Source: Thermoanaerobaculaceae bacterium (lineage in GTDB: Bacteria > Acidobacteriota > Thermoanaerobaculia > Multivoradales > UBA5704). Taken from it: 64,000 nucleotides of DNA. Every line of letters starts with the position of its first letter. Position 1 is the first letter of the stretch. Below the pieces are notes generated by a model. It did no database searches and had not been told where the DNA came from. It saw only the letters and a list, made by a program, of their open reading frames with translations. A program made the translations under genes and the position numbers. Shown piece by piece: positions 10,212 through 19,749 of this stretch. The DNA lies in contig OY970330.1 in the NCBI GenBank assembly GCA_963717295.1, positions 2,248,538 to 2,312,537 of the forward strand, given 5' to 3'.

Positions 10212-10427
10212 ATGAAGAAGATGCTACGCTGCGCCGCACTCGTCGCAATCATGAGCCTATCGTTCTGGCTTTCGAACGCTCAAGCCTTTCCTCAAAACAC
10301 CTGCGATGTCAAGCAGGGCATGCCGTGTCGCTTTATAGGGCCCTCTCAGCCCTGCCAGTGGTATGACGGGCAAGCAGGCTATTGTGGATGTGTGAACAGG
10401 GACCACTATGAATGCGCCCGCATCTGA
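10212..10427 (+). CDS. Small secreted 6-Cys peptide (C-C-C-CxC-C)
   Basis: RBS GGAGG; signal peptide ending AQA; TCDVKQGMPCRFIGPSQPCQWYDGQAGYCGCVNRDHYEC. Confidence 0.75.
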   Translation: MKKMLRCAALVAIMSLSFWLSNAQAFPQNTCDVKQGMPCRFIGPSQPCQWYDGQAGYCGCVNRDHYECARI

Positions 10428-10586
10428 GACACTCGGAATTTAGGAGGGGGCAGGATTATCCTCGTCGTGAGCGCTGGGAAGAGAATGACGAGGTCGATCA
10501 GGGTGAGTGCGGGATGAGGTGACGCATGGGGCGTCGCGGCCGAACGCCGAGGCCGCGGCGCACTGGAGGACGGACAGCACTCGGAG

Positions 10587-10612
10587 CCAAAAGATCCAGG
10601 CACCTGTTTTGG
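10587..10612 (+). repeat. GGCAC hairpin repeat
   Basis: CCAAAAGATCCAGGCACCTGTTTTGG. Confidence 0.85.
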
Positions 10613-10702
10613 AGCTGCGAGGCGTATGTCTACGTGACGGCGGGCGCGGTCCTGACCAACTTGCAGGCGGTCACGATCAATCCGTGAAGGCGGCTGTAGC
10701 GA

Positions 10703-12739
10703 TCAGTGCTTGCGGAACCTCGCCGTCACGCTCGCGTTCCCCGCGCCGGTCATGGTGCATGTCGTGGAAGCAGCATTCGCGTTGCCCAGCGTGCAATTGG
10801 TGGAAGTCCAGTTCGTGAAGTTGTAGGTGCCGTTCGGCGTGGCGGTGATCGACACCGCGGTGCCGCTGGTGAACCCGCCCGGACAATTCTGTGATGTATT
10901 GATGGTCACGCTGCCGCCGGCCGAGGGGCTGGCGCTTTTCGCGAGCGTGTAGCACGGGATGGCGGCCAAGTTCGCCGTGACGGCGGCGTTTCCGGCGCCG
11001 GTGATCGTGCAGGTCGTCGAAGACGCGCTTGGATTGGCCAGCGTGCAGTTCGCCGCCGTCCAGCTCGAGAAGTTGTAGCCGCTGTTCGCCGACACAGAGA
11101 TGGACACCGCGTCACCGTTCGCGAAGCCGCCGAAGCAGTCCGGCGCGGTGCCGATCGAAGCCGTGCCGCCCGAGGTCGGACTGCTGGCGGCGCTCACGCC
11201 GTAGCAACTCGCCACGTCGCCCACTGTCAGATGGACCGAGGAGGACCAGCCGGTGGGACCGCCGGTGTCGCCGGCGAGCGCGAACTCGTACCAGAGATAG
11301 CCGTCAAAACCCGACTGCGTATTGCCGGTGGCGACGAACCGCTTGCCCTCGCCGATGTGGCCCAGGACCGTCGACGACTGCTGCGCTCCGTCTCGGACTT
11401 CCAGCGTGTTGGGGAACGCGCCGCTGACCTCGAGGCGCGTACTGCTGGCCAGCGTGGACAGGCATGACGACGGGACCCATCCGTCCCAGTGGTACCAGCC
11501 CACGGGCAGCGAGGACGCCTGCGCGAATTCGCGGCCGGCCAGATAGATCTCCTGATACGAGCCGACCGCGTCATAGGCGGTGAATTTCTCTCCCGGCCAG
11601 ACGTACGTGATTTGCGGCGCCGACGCTTGCGGCAGCGCCGTCACCTTGCACTGCGAGGCAACCGAGACCGCGGCGGGGACGGCGAGGTGACCGAGATCGG
11701 TCATGAGATGGTCCCAGTTCCAGGCGGGCCCCGGATCCCAGTGATGGTTCGCGCCGCCCCAGTACAGCGCCGGGTTGTTCGGGTCGGGCACCTGGTTATG
11801 GCCGATGAGGTGCGCGCGGTCCAGCGGAATTGCGTACGCGCCGTGCAGACAGGACACCAGCGCTTCCAGCGACTGCCACTGCTCCGGCGTCTGCCACGAG
11901 TAGTCTTCCAGCGGCGAGCCCTCGGCCCATCCTTCCACCTCGATGCCGATCGAGGCGCGGTTGTAGGAGCTGTTGCCGCAGTGGTACGCGGTGTTGGCGT
12001 CGGCGACGAACTGCCACACCGAGCCGTCGCGATTGACGAGATAGTTCGAGCTCACCTGCCTCGACGGATTCTGAAAAATCGACAGCGTGTCGGCGGCGGT
12101 CTCCTCGGTGGTGTGGATGACGTCCATGGTGATGGCCACGCCGTTTCGGCCGACGGCATAGTTGGTGGTGGGAATGGTGTCGCCGTACCAGACCACGTTC
12201 GAACAATCGGTATTGACCAGCGTTGCAATGCGCCGCGCGCCGCTTCTCGGCGCCGGCGCGTCGGGATGAATCCGCTCGAGGACCTGCTGCGCGAAGAGAT
12301 CGGCGATTTCCTTCTGAGGGATGCCGCTGAACTCCGCGACCACGCCGCGCCAACTGTCGACGTCGCGCGCCACGGCCTCGGGGTGCTTCGCCGCGATGCG
12401 GGCCAGCAGCGCCGTCCCGCCGCGAATGTTGGCCTCGGCATCCGTTCGCAGCAGATCGGGCGAGACGCCGAGCAGCGCGGCCGCGTCGCGCAGGCTGTGC
12501 CCGAACCAGCCGTCGTCGCGCAGCCCCATGACGCCGTACGCCGGCGGACGGTCACTGAACGTCGACGGCTGCCGCTGCACTCCGCCGGAGCGCACGTAGG
12601 CGACGGCGCGGACGATCTCCAGCGGCACGCCGAATTCCCTGCTGGCGCGCTCGTACGACGCGCTCAGGTCCGCGGCGCTTGCGATTGCACCAAACGACGC
12701 GAATAACGCGATGGCAACGGAGACCGGCTTTTTCAACAT
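10703..12739 (-). CDS. Secreted N-acetylmuramoyl-L-alanine amidase (Amidase_2) with N-terminal lysozyme-like domain and two C-terminal InlB-B-like repeats
   Basis: VIHTTE, AYHCGN..N..SIGIEVEG, IGHNQVP and HWDPGP motifs; two ~75-aa repeats (ASPSAGG..VSITATPN..YNF..W). Confidence 0.85.
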   Translation of the reverse strand: MLKKPVSVAIALFASFGAIASAADLSASYERASREFGVPLEIVRAVAYVRSGGVQRQPSTFSDRPPAYGVMGLRDDGWFGHSLRDAAALLGVSPDLLRTDAEANIRGGTALLARIAAKHPEAVARDVDSWRGVVAEFSGIPQKEIADLFAQQVLERIHPDAPAPRSGARRIATLVNTDCSNVVWYGDTIPTTNYAVGRNGVAITMDVIHTTEETAADTLSIFQNPSRQVSSNYLVNRDGSVWQFVADANTAYHCGNSSYNRASIGIEVEGWAEGSPLEDYSWQTPEQWQSLEALVSCLHGAYAIPLDRAHLIGHNQVPDPNNPALYWGGANHHWDPGPAWNWDHLMTDLGHLAVPAAVSVASQCKVTALPQASAPQITYVWPGEKFTAYDAVGSYQEIYLAGREFAQASSLPVGWYHWDGWVPSSCLSTLASSTRLEVSGAFPNTLEVRDGAQQSSTVLGHIGEGKRFVATGNTQSGFDGYLWYEFALAGDTGGPTGWSSSVHLTVGDVASCYGVSAASSPTSGGTASIGTAPDCFGGFANGDAVSISVSANSGYNFSSWTAANCTLANPSASSTTCTITGAGNAAVTANLAAIPCYTLAKSASPSAGGSVTINTSQNCPGGFTSGTAVSITATPNGTYNFTNWTSTNCTLGNANAASTTCTMTGAGNASVTARFRKH

Positions 12740-12950
12740 GCAAACCTTCCTTGGAAAAGGAGATGTTAGGACGGAATTGAAACACATCGGGAGCTGAGCG
12801 TCAAGCTTCGATGACCCGCGGCCGGCGGCTCTAAGCCGGTGCATTCCTGGTGGGCCTTGTAGAACAGATCGGCGGGGACGGTCGGGACCCCATGGAGGGT
12901 GATGAGGTCGTTGTCGGCACGCGGCCGCAGCTCCTCGTTGCCGAGCGCTA

Positions 12951-13062
12951 CCAAAAGACACAGGCACCTATTCGGGCCGGTGCCGACTGTCAGGGCCTAA
13001 ACCGGGCAAATGGAGCCGGCCTCCAAAAAGACACAGGCACCTGTTTTGGGCACCTGTTTTGG
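12951..13062 (+). repeat. Two GGCAC hairpin repeats (12951-12975; long form 12991-13049 with duplicated 3' half)
   Basis: Direct sequence match; followed by a transposase-end remnant at ~13071-13117. Confidence 0.9.
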
Positions 13063-13149
13063 GGGAACGCCGCGGAGACCGCAACGCGCCCTTCCCCATC
13101 GGCAGCTTCCCGCCGGCTGGCTGCCAAGCAGCCAACGATCGACTAAATC

Positions 13150-13356
13150 TCACGGGATCAAGACCGTAATTGGCTTTTCGATAGGGCAAGCAGAAGTCTT
13201 AACGCTACACTTTTGGTTGATGTCAATTCTGTCGCAGCAATAAGTACCGGAATCCAATGCCAAGGCCATTGGTTTATGAATGGGCGCAAAACTGCCGATC
13301 AAATATCCAAAGATGATCCCAACTATCCCGCCAAGAATCCATGCACGCTTGCTCAT
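13150..13356 (-). CDS. Small exported 4-Cys peptide (CC-C-C)
   Basis: RBS CAGGAG; hydrophobic N-terminus; YCCDRIDINQKCSVKTSAC; low GC. Confidence 0.6.
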   Translation of the reverse strand: MSKRAWILGGIVGIIFGYLIGSFAPIHKPMALALDSGTYCCDRIDINQKCSVKTSACPIEKPITVLIP

Positions 13357-13508
13357 ATTGATCTCCTGCTTGGGGCGTATGCCACTGCCGCCAGGATGGC
13401 GGAGGGTCATTGAGGAGTTCGCGTCGAGGCCTTCCGATCTGACAAGCCTGCAGGGCGGGCTTGCTGCCGTGCCGTTCCCGCTGATACCGCTGGTTCTCCT
13501 CGCCCGAT

Positions 13509-13583
13509 CAAAAAGACACAGGCGCACTTGTTTTGGATCGCGCTACGAGATGACCGTCAAAAAGACACAGGCACCTGTTTTGG
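13509..13583 (+). repeat. Two GGCAC hairpin repeats (13509-13536, 13558-13583)
   Basis: Direct sequence match. Confidence 0.85.
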
Positions 13584-13756
13584 ATAACGACTTCGGTCGC
13601 AGAGAGCAAAAGAGCTACCCTCTCTAGCCTAGTCTTCCACTTCTCCCGTTTATCTGGTGAGTCGACGGGGATGTGCTGCCAGCAGAAACCTAGGCCGCCC
13701 TCGGCTGCTGTTCGACGGCACCTCACTCCCGCCTTTGTCACCATCCGACATTGCAT
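13584..13756 (-). pseudogene. Truncated cassette gene with N-terminal C-x9-C..CWQH zinc-finger-like motif
   Basis: MQCRMVTKAGVRCRR..GFCWQH; starts just after the attC-like site and is cut at the repeat. Confidence 0.55.
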
Positions 13757-13778
13757 ACCGTGGAGCTCCTGAAGTAGC

Positions 13779-13849
13779 GCCTAGCGCCTGTTCTGCTCAG
13801 CGGCCAGGAAAGCGAAGCTTTCTGGTCCGCTGGAGCAGCCGGGTTATGC
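13779..13849 (-). other. attC-like integron recombination site
   Basis: Minus strand GCATAAC..CTGCTCCAGCGGACCAG-AAAGC/GCTTT-CCTGGCCGCTGAGCAG..GCTAGGC; long stem with extrahelical bases; core has one mismatch. Confidence 0.7.
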
Positions 13850-14080
13850 GACCCACCATTAGTTTGCTACATGCCAAATGGGCCTCCACGCCGCCTCCAG
13901 CCTGCGGATTACGACAACTGCTCGAACCACCCGTTATAAAGACTCCTTGTAGTTCTCCAGCATCGAATCGGCTGCACCAATGTTTACGAAAAGGCGGATG
14001 CCAGAGATTGTTGAACATCTCGTCAAGGCGGCGACCCGAAGCTCGCGAAACACATAATCTAACTATGAGACCAGAAAACG

Positions 14081-14284
14081 TCATACCCGTTGGAAGAACG
14101 CCCGTATCCTCTGCCAGAGGCCGCCTCCTCCACCGCCGCCTGCCGGCGTCGGGCTCGGGCTCGGCTCCGGCCGTAAGCCGCCCATGATTTTGTCGCCAAC
14201 CATAACGCCTTCCTCACCTCCTACACTAGGACCACCCTCTCCTGCACTAGGACCACCATCGGCTCCGCCAATCTTGGTTCCCAT
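14081..14284 (-). CDS. Small Gly/Pro-rich hypothetical protein
   Basis: RBS AAAGGGG; lies between two attC-like sites. Confidence 0.45.
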   Translation of the reverse strand: MGTKIGGADGGPSAGEGGPSVGGEEGVMVGDKIMGGLRPEPSPSPTPAGGGGGGGLWQRIRAFFQRV

Positions 14285-14394
14285 AACAACGTCCCCTTTC
14301 TGCAGTTTGTGTCATAATACCCCTTGAAGGCAATTCCCATTGGTCATCTCGCGGATTCCACTCCATCTGAACATCCTCTTACGTCAACGAGACC

Positions 14395-14491
14395 GCATAA
14401 CCTTTGAGCGTCTATCCGAGATCCTCCCCACGAAATCATCCCGGAGTCCCTCGCGGGTTCCGGGAGGATTTCGGATAGACGCAGGTTGAAC
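14395..14491 (-). other. attC-like site fused to the IS91-like element end
   Basis: Minus strand GTTCAAC-CTGCGTCTATCCGAAATCCTCCC...GGGAGGATCTCGGATAGACGC-TCAAAG-GTTATGC. Confidence 0.65.
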
Positions 14492-15108
14492 GAAGCCGCG
14501 GGGGAGTCCGAGGCGGTCCTATGGGGATTCAATCCTCGCAGGCGTTTCGCGCGACACCTTGCTGGCTTCCACACGCCCCCCAACAGCCGCCGTGTGGCTT
14601 TCAGAGGACCGCTCAGCGAAGGGTTCTGGCGCATGCCTAGGCTTCTCAACCGCGATTTCGTGTCGGTGAGTATACCGCAGCAGCCTGTCAAGAAACACTA
14701 CTCCTCGGCTCCGCGGTTGAGCAAAGAAATATTGGAATCGAGCTATGGAGGATCGGCTCATCGTGGCGGAGCCCTCGCGGCCCGCGTCGACGCCACTGGA
14801 CCCACCAAGCGTAGGCCCTTCTGGCCGCAAACCTTGCACTGTAGAGGATCGATGCCGGTGAGACTCTGGAGTCGGTCGCACCAATCGGTCTTCAGCGGCT
14901 TCGGTCGCGCCGGGGGCCCGGGAAGCACCTCACGACAGAGAGCCAGGGCCTGTTCGCGGTGCCGGTTGGCCAGCAGCCCGTAGTAGCGGATCCGCACGAA
15001 GCGGCCGGGAAGGACGTGCAGAAGAAAACGGCGGAGGAATTCCTCCCCTGCCAATGTCATCTCCCGGAGGCGGTCGTGGTCGGCATAGTCCTTCCGCCGG
15101 GTACCCAC
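14485..15108 (-). mobile_element. IS91-family remnant: transposase C-terminus (14758-15108) and oriIS-like end
   Basis: MTLAGEEFLRRFLLHVLPGRFVRIRYYGLLAN, CKVC and RAPP motifs; end ATTGAATCCCCATAG..GCGGCTTCGTTCAAC. Confidence 0.85.
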
Positions 15109-15111
15109 ACC

Positions 15112-15217
15112 TATCGCGACCCTTCAGGCCGCACCTCTTGGACCTGCCTGGGCACCCAGGGCGATGCCCCGGGCTGAGGAATCACGACCCCTTGGGCCGT
15201 CCTGACACCGACGCCTG
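15112..15217 (+). repeat. ~100-bp REP/MITE-like leader
   Basis: TATCGCGACCCTTCAGGCCGCA..CCCAGGGCGATGCCCCGGGCT..ATCACGACCCCTTGGGCCGTCCTG matches 55461-55562. Confidence 0.8.
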
Positions 15218-15344
15218 CCCAGCCAAGCGGGTGGCTCGGCGGGTTGGTCCCCTCTCGGCCATAGAGGCTGGGAGACGAGGGCAGGGCAACTGCTCCCTTC
15301 CCTCCTGGTATAAGATCTCCCCCTCAACTCAACGGAGGGCCCCA

Positions 15345-15731
15345 ATGCCCCGCAAGCGGCAGGCGGAATCGCATGGAAACTGGCTGTTGTTCGCCGACGC
15401 TTTTACGCCGGAGCTGAGGGAGAGTCATATCTTCTTGAAGTCCTCGCACGCCAAGCTGACGCACTTCGTCGAGGAGGTCGAGCGGCTCGGCCTCGAGCGC
15501 GACTTCCATGCGGCCAGCAAGTTGAAGGCGACTCGCGAGCGGAAAGAGATGATCGCGGCGGGAAACCGCCTCGTGACGGCGATGCAGCTTACGCTCCGGG
15601 ATCTCCTGGGTCCCGACAACGAGCAACTGACCGCGTTCGGCGTCAAGCCGTTCCGCGGCCGGAAACGCGCGAAGAAGAACGCGGAGGCGGAGACTCCGTC
15701 CCTGGAGCCGAGCGATCCTTCCGAGCCGTAG
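15345..15731 (+). CDS. Hypothetical helical protein ending in L..FG..PFRGRKR (paralog of 55736-56119)
   Basis: RBS GGAGG; 128 aa; shares N-terminal G.W, AT and C-terminal motifs with its paralogs. Confidence 0.8.
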   Translation: MPRKRQAESHGNWLLFADAFTPELRESHIFLKSSHAKLTHFVEEVERLGLERDFHAASKLKATRERKEMIAAGNRLVTAMQLTLRDLLGPDNEQLTAFGVKPFRGRKRAKKNAEAETPSLEPSDPSEP

Positions 15732-15820
15732 GTCTCTCCCTCCACGAAGGGAGCTTGGTGCTCTCCGGACAACGCTTCCTCTCCCCCGGTCCGCCCTTCA
15801 TTTTCCCGAGACAACGTCGC

Positions 15821-16324
15821 TCTGTAAGGAGGGCACGCCTCGTGCCCTCCTTACGACGTGATCTCGGACGCAGGGCACAGGACGTGCCCTCCTTACGTTG
15901 TGACGTCGTATGGAGGGCACGGGTCGTGCCCTCTTAAACACGAGACGATGTAAGCGGGGCACGTGTTGTGCCCTCCTTACATCGCGACGTGGTACGCAGG
16001 GCACAAGGCGTGCCCTCTTAAACACGAGACGTCGTACGCAGGGCACGTACCGTGCCCTCCTTATACTGTGACGCCGTACGTGGGGCACGGGCCGTGCCCT
16101 CCTTACGCTGCAACGTCGTAAGCAGGGCACGTGACGTGCCCTCTTAAACACAAGACGATGTAAGCGGGGCACGGGACGTGCCCTCGGTACGCTGTGACGC
16201 GGTACGCGGGGCACGTAGCGTGCCCTCTTAAACACGGGACAACGTAGGCGGGGCACGGACTGTGCCCTCCTTACGATGTGACGTCGTACGGAGGGCACGG
16301 CACGTGCCCTGCGTACGACGAGAC
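15821..16324. repeat. Tandem array of 12 x 42-bp palindromic units (core RGGGCACR-NNN-YGTGCCCT)
   Basis: Exact 42-bp spacing of the hairpin cores; variable 3-nt loop and semi-variable linkers. Confidence 0.95.
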
Positions 16325-16346
16325 TCCCGACAGGGAGCGAAAGACC

Positions 16347-16465
16347 CTCTACGGCTTCGTCGAAGCCGCGTTCCCTTGCGGCTGAAGCTCGTACACGTCG
16401 GGGGCGACAACGACTCGGCTCGAAGGCGCACCGGATGCGCACCTCCTTCGCCTCTCCCGGTCCCG
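16347..16465 (-). pseudogene. Decayed duplicate of the 3' end of the permease/M1 peptidase gene (19748-19872)
   Basis: GEAKEVRIRCAFEP peptide and nucleotide match that includes the stop codon. Confidence 0.75.
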
Positions 16466-16483
16466 GACGCCAGGATTGCCGGC

Positions 16484-17656
16484 TTATCTCGCTCGCAACG
16501 GGCGGAAGAAGGCGCGAAGGTCTTCGGCGAGCAACTCCGGCTCTTCCAGCGCAGCCCAGTGCCCGCCGCGGGGCATCTCCGTCCAGCGCTGAATGTTGAA
16601 GAACCGCTCCGCCCATTCGCGGGGCGGAGGCAGAAGATCGCGCGGAAAGCTCGCGAAGCCGGTGGGCACGGTCGACGAACCGGTCCACTTCTTGATCATC
16701 TCGACAATCCACGTCACCGCGCCGGCGTTCGCCGCATCGTAGTAAAACCCGAACGATGAATTGATCGTTTCGGTCGCCCAGTAGATCGTCAGGTTCGTCA
16801 GCAGCTCGTCCTTGGTGAACCGCGTCTCCACATCTCCATGGCAATCGCTCCAGGAGCGAAACTTCTCGACGATCCAGGCGGCCAAGCCCGCAGGCGAGTC
16901 GTTCAACCCGATCGCCAGGGATTGCGGCCTGGTGCCTTGGATCATCGCGTAAGCCCCTTCCTTCTGCTGCCACTTCTCACTGTCGTCGATGAACTTCTTC
17001 TCGCCGGCGGACAGGTCCTTGGGCTTTTCGAACAGATGAGCAAAGGGAACGTCGGTCAGGTGAATGCCGGCCAGTACATCGGAATAGCTGCGCGCCAGGT
17101 GCTCGGTTACGGTGCTGCCCCAGTCGCCCCCATGGGCGCCAAAGCGTTGGTAGCCCAATCGTTGCGTCATCAGAGCCGCCCAGAGATCGGCGACCCGGAA
17201 GAGCATCCCCTGTTTCCTTGGCTTGTCGGAGAATCCGTAGCCCGGCAGGCTGGGGACGACGACGTCAAAGGCATCCGCCGGGTCGCCGCCGTACGCTGCC
17301 GGGTCGGTCAGCAGCGGAATGATCTTGGAGAAACGCAGGAATGAATCGGGGAAACCGTGGGTCAGGATGAGCGGAAGAGGACTTTCGCCGCGCCCTCGCT
17401 CATGGATGAAATGAATCCCGAAGCCGTCAATCTCAGTGCGAAAATGTGCAAAGCGGTTGATGATCTCTTCCTGCGCCCGCCAATCGAATCTGTCCTGCCA
17501 GTACTGCACAAGCGTTTTCAGATAATCCAGGTTCGTGCCGTAATCCCAATCATCCGCACCCTGAATTTCATCGGTCCAGCGCGTGCTCGCGAGACGTCGC
17601 CGCAAATCTTCAAGCGTTTCCTGGGTTATCTGTACCTTGAAAGATCCCGCAGTCAT
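16484..17656 (-). CDS. Epoxide hydrolase (EHN family)
   Basis: THGFPDSF, SLPGYGFS, GGDWGS and GGHWAALE motifs. Confidence 0.93.
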   Translation of the reverse strand: MTAGSFKVQITQETLEDLRRRLASTRWTDEIQGADDWDYGTNLDYLKTLVQYWQDRFDWRAQEEIINRFAHFRTEIDGFGIHFIHERGRGESPLPLILTHGFPDSFLRFSKIIPLLTDPAAYGGDPADAFDVVVPSLPGYGFSDKPRKQGMLFRVADLWAALMTQRLGYQRFGAHGGDWGSTVTEHLARSYSDVLAGIHLTDVPFAHLFEKPKDLSAGEKKFIDDSEKWQQKEGAYAMIQGTRPQSLAIGLNDSPAGLAAWIVEKFRSWSDCHGDVETRFTKDELLTNLTIYWATETINSSFGFYYDAANAGAVTWIVEMIKKWTGSSTVPTGFASFPRDLLPPPREWAERFFNIQRWTEMPRGGHWAALEEPELLAEDLRAFFRPLRAR

Positions 17657-17815
17657 AGGCGTGTCTCCGGCAAAGGATCTCAGACAGGCGCCGCGGATTG
17701 AAAAAGCCGCGGACCACAGTCACAATAATGCAGCAAGGATCGGGCCAGGCACAGCGCGCGGGTAACGCATCCTCTGGAGCTCAGGGACGTGCGTTCGAGA
17801 CTTCAGTCGCGATGA

Positions 17816-18361
<546 letters not shown>

Positions 18362-18379
18362 TGCGTCAGTCGCTCCTCA

Positions 18380-18402
18380 CAAAAGACACAGGCATCTGTT
18401 GG
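18380..18402 (+). repeat. GGCAC hairpin repeat (degenerate)
   Basis: CAAAAGACACAGGCATCTGTTGG abuts the RBS of the DHFR-family gene. Confidence 0.7.
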
Positions 18403-18500
18403 GTCCAACCGGACGGTCATGGTGAGCGTACGTGCCATACGACGACTATACGCGCGACCGGTACAGGCCGCAACGATCGGCCGGGGTTTGGGCGCGGTCG

Positions 18501-19676
18501 CTAGCGCAGGATGTCCCCGTCCCAAAGGCGCGCCAGGAAGTCCCGCCAGGGAAGGATCTCGATACCCTCGACGACTCGGGGAGCGCGCTCGTTGCAAACG
18601 AGGATGGCGTGACGCGGATGGTTGTCTTCCATGAAAGCACGGAGGGACCGGAAGTCCGAGGAGTCGACGCGGGACGATCCCTTCACTTCCACTGCGACCT
18701 CGGCGTCCCCAAGCACGAAGTCGACCTCGAAGCCGCTCTTCGTTCGCCAGAAATGAACCCCGTAGCCGAGATCCCGGTAGGACCGGTGCGCCTGGATCTC
18801 CATGAGGATGAAATGCTCCAGCGCCCGGCCGAACAGCTCGCCTCTCTCCTCGACGATCCGCCGGCGGGTCAAGGCGCCCGCCACCCCAACGTCGAAGAGG
18901 TAGAACTTCGGAGCTTTGCCGATGACCTGCCGCTCCTGGCGCCTCTTCCAGGGCTCGACGAAGGTGCCGAGGAGCGTGTCGACGAGGATCTGGTAATACT
19001 CCTTCACCGTCTTCGAATCGACGCCGCAGTCCCTCGCGATGTTGGCGTAGTTCGTGAGGTCGCCGTGAGAGTAGCCCATGGCCTCGAAGAAGCGCGAGAA
19101 GGCGGCCACGTTGCGCGTGAGACCTTCGTCGAAAACTTCCTCCTTCAGATAGTCCACGACGTAGGCATCGAGCGAGCGCCGGTATTCCGGTTCCAGGTAG
19201 TGCCCCGGGACGAGGCCCCGGTTGAGCGCCTGCAGGAGGTCGAAATCATCACCGATCTCGATGGAGGTCAACGGATGCATCTCGTAACGCCAGGCGCGCC
19301 CGCCGAGCAGGTTGACGCCGCCCCTCTTGAGCTTGCGAGCGCTCGACCCGCACAGAATGAAGCTCAAGCCCTGGTTCTCGATGAGCCAGTGAACCTCGTC
19401 CAACAGTTGGGGAACCTTCTGGACCTCGTCCAGGATCACCGGAGACCCCAGCTTCTCGGGTGGGGAGGCCAGGAGGCGCTCGCGGAGCAGGGCTGGGCGC
19501 TTGGTGAGCTCCAGCAGGAGGTCCGTCTGGAGCAGATCGAACGTCAGGCTGCCGGGAAACGCCGACCGGAGGTAGGTGCTTTTCCCAACCTTGCGGGGCC
19601 CCCAGAGAAACGCCGACTGGTGCGCCGGCAAGCTCATCCGTAATGCTCGTTCGATTTGGACCATTCGGGAGCTCAC
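18501..19676 (-). CDS. AAA_14 ATPase with DUF4143 domain
   Basis: GPRKVGKST Walker A, ILDEVQK, KFYLFDVG and FWRTKSGFEVDF..VEVK motifs. Confidence 0.92.
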   Translation of the reverse strand: MSSRMVQIERALRMSLPAHQSAFLWGPRKVGKSTYLRSAFPGSLTFDLLQTDLLLELTKRPALLRERLLASPPEKLGSPVILDEVQKVPQLLDEVHWLIENQGLSFILCGSSARKLKRGGVNLLGGRAWRYEMHPLTSIEIGDDFDLLQALNRGLVPGHYLEPEYRRSLDAYVVDYLKEEVFDEGLTRNVAAFSRFFEAMGYSHGDLTNYANIARDCGVDSKTVKEYYQILVDTLLGTFVEPWKRRQERQVIGKAPKFYLFDVGVAGALTRRRIVEERGELFGRALEHFILMEIQAHRSYRDLGYGVHFWRTKSGFEVDFVLGDAEVAVEVKGSSRVDSSDFRSLRAFMEDNHPRHAILVCNERAPRVVEGIEILPWRDFLARLWDGDILR

Positions 19677-19749
19677 TCCGTTTTAGTTCAACCAAACGGG
19701 AGCTTACTCCGTAAATGGCTTCAGCCACAAGAAACGTACGGAAGCAGCT

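Noticed and set aside
1431-13356. RiPP biosynthetic cluster for the Cys-rich peptides
   Set aside because: No radical SAM, LanBC/M, YcaO or peptidase-transporter genes nearby. The peptides have Sec-type signals, consistent with disulfide bonding instead.
14008-14050. Possible additional attC half-site
   Set aside because: Core GTTCAAC is a poor GTTRRRY match and has no partner arm.
15821-16324. CRISPR array
   Set aside because: The linkers are short and similar to each other (e.g. CTTAAACACGAGAC recurs), the 42-bp period is too short, and there are no cas genes.
15798-16973. 391-aa Arg-rich minus-strand ORF
   Set aside because: It overlaps the epoxide hydrolase in another frame and runs through a gene remnant and the palindrome array. 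Most likely a chance open frame.
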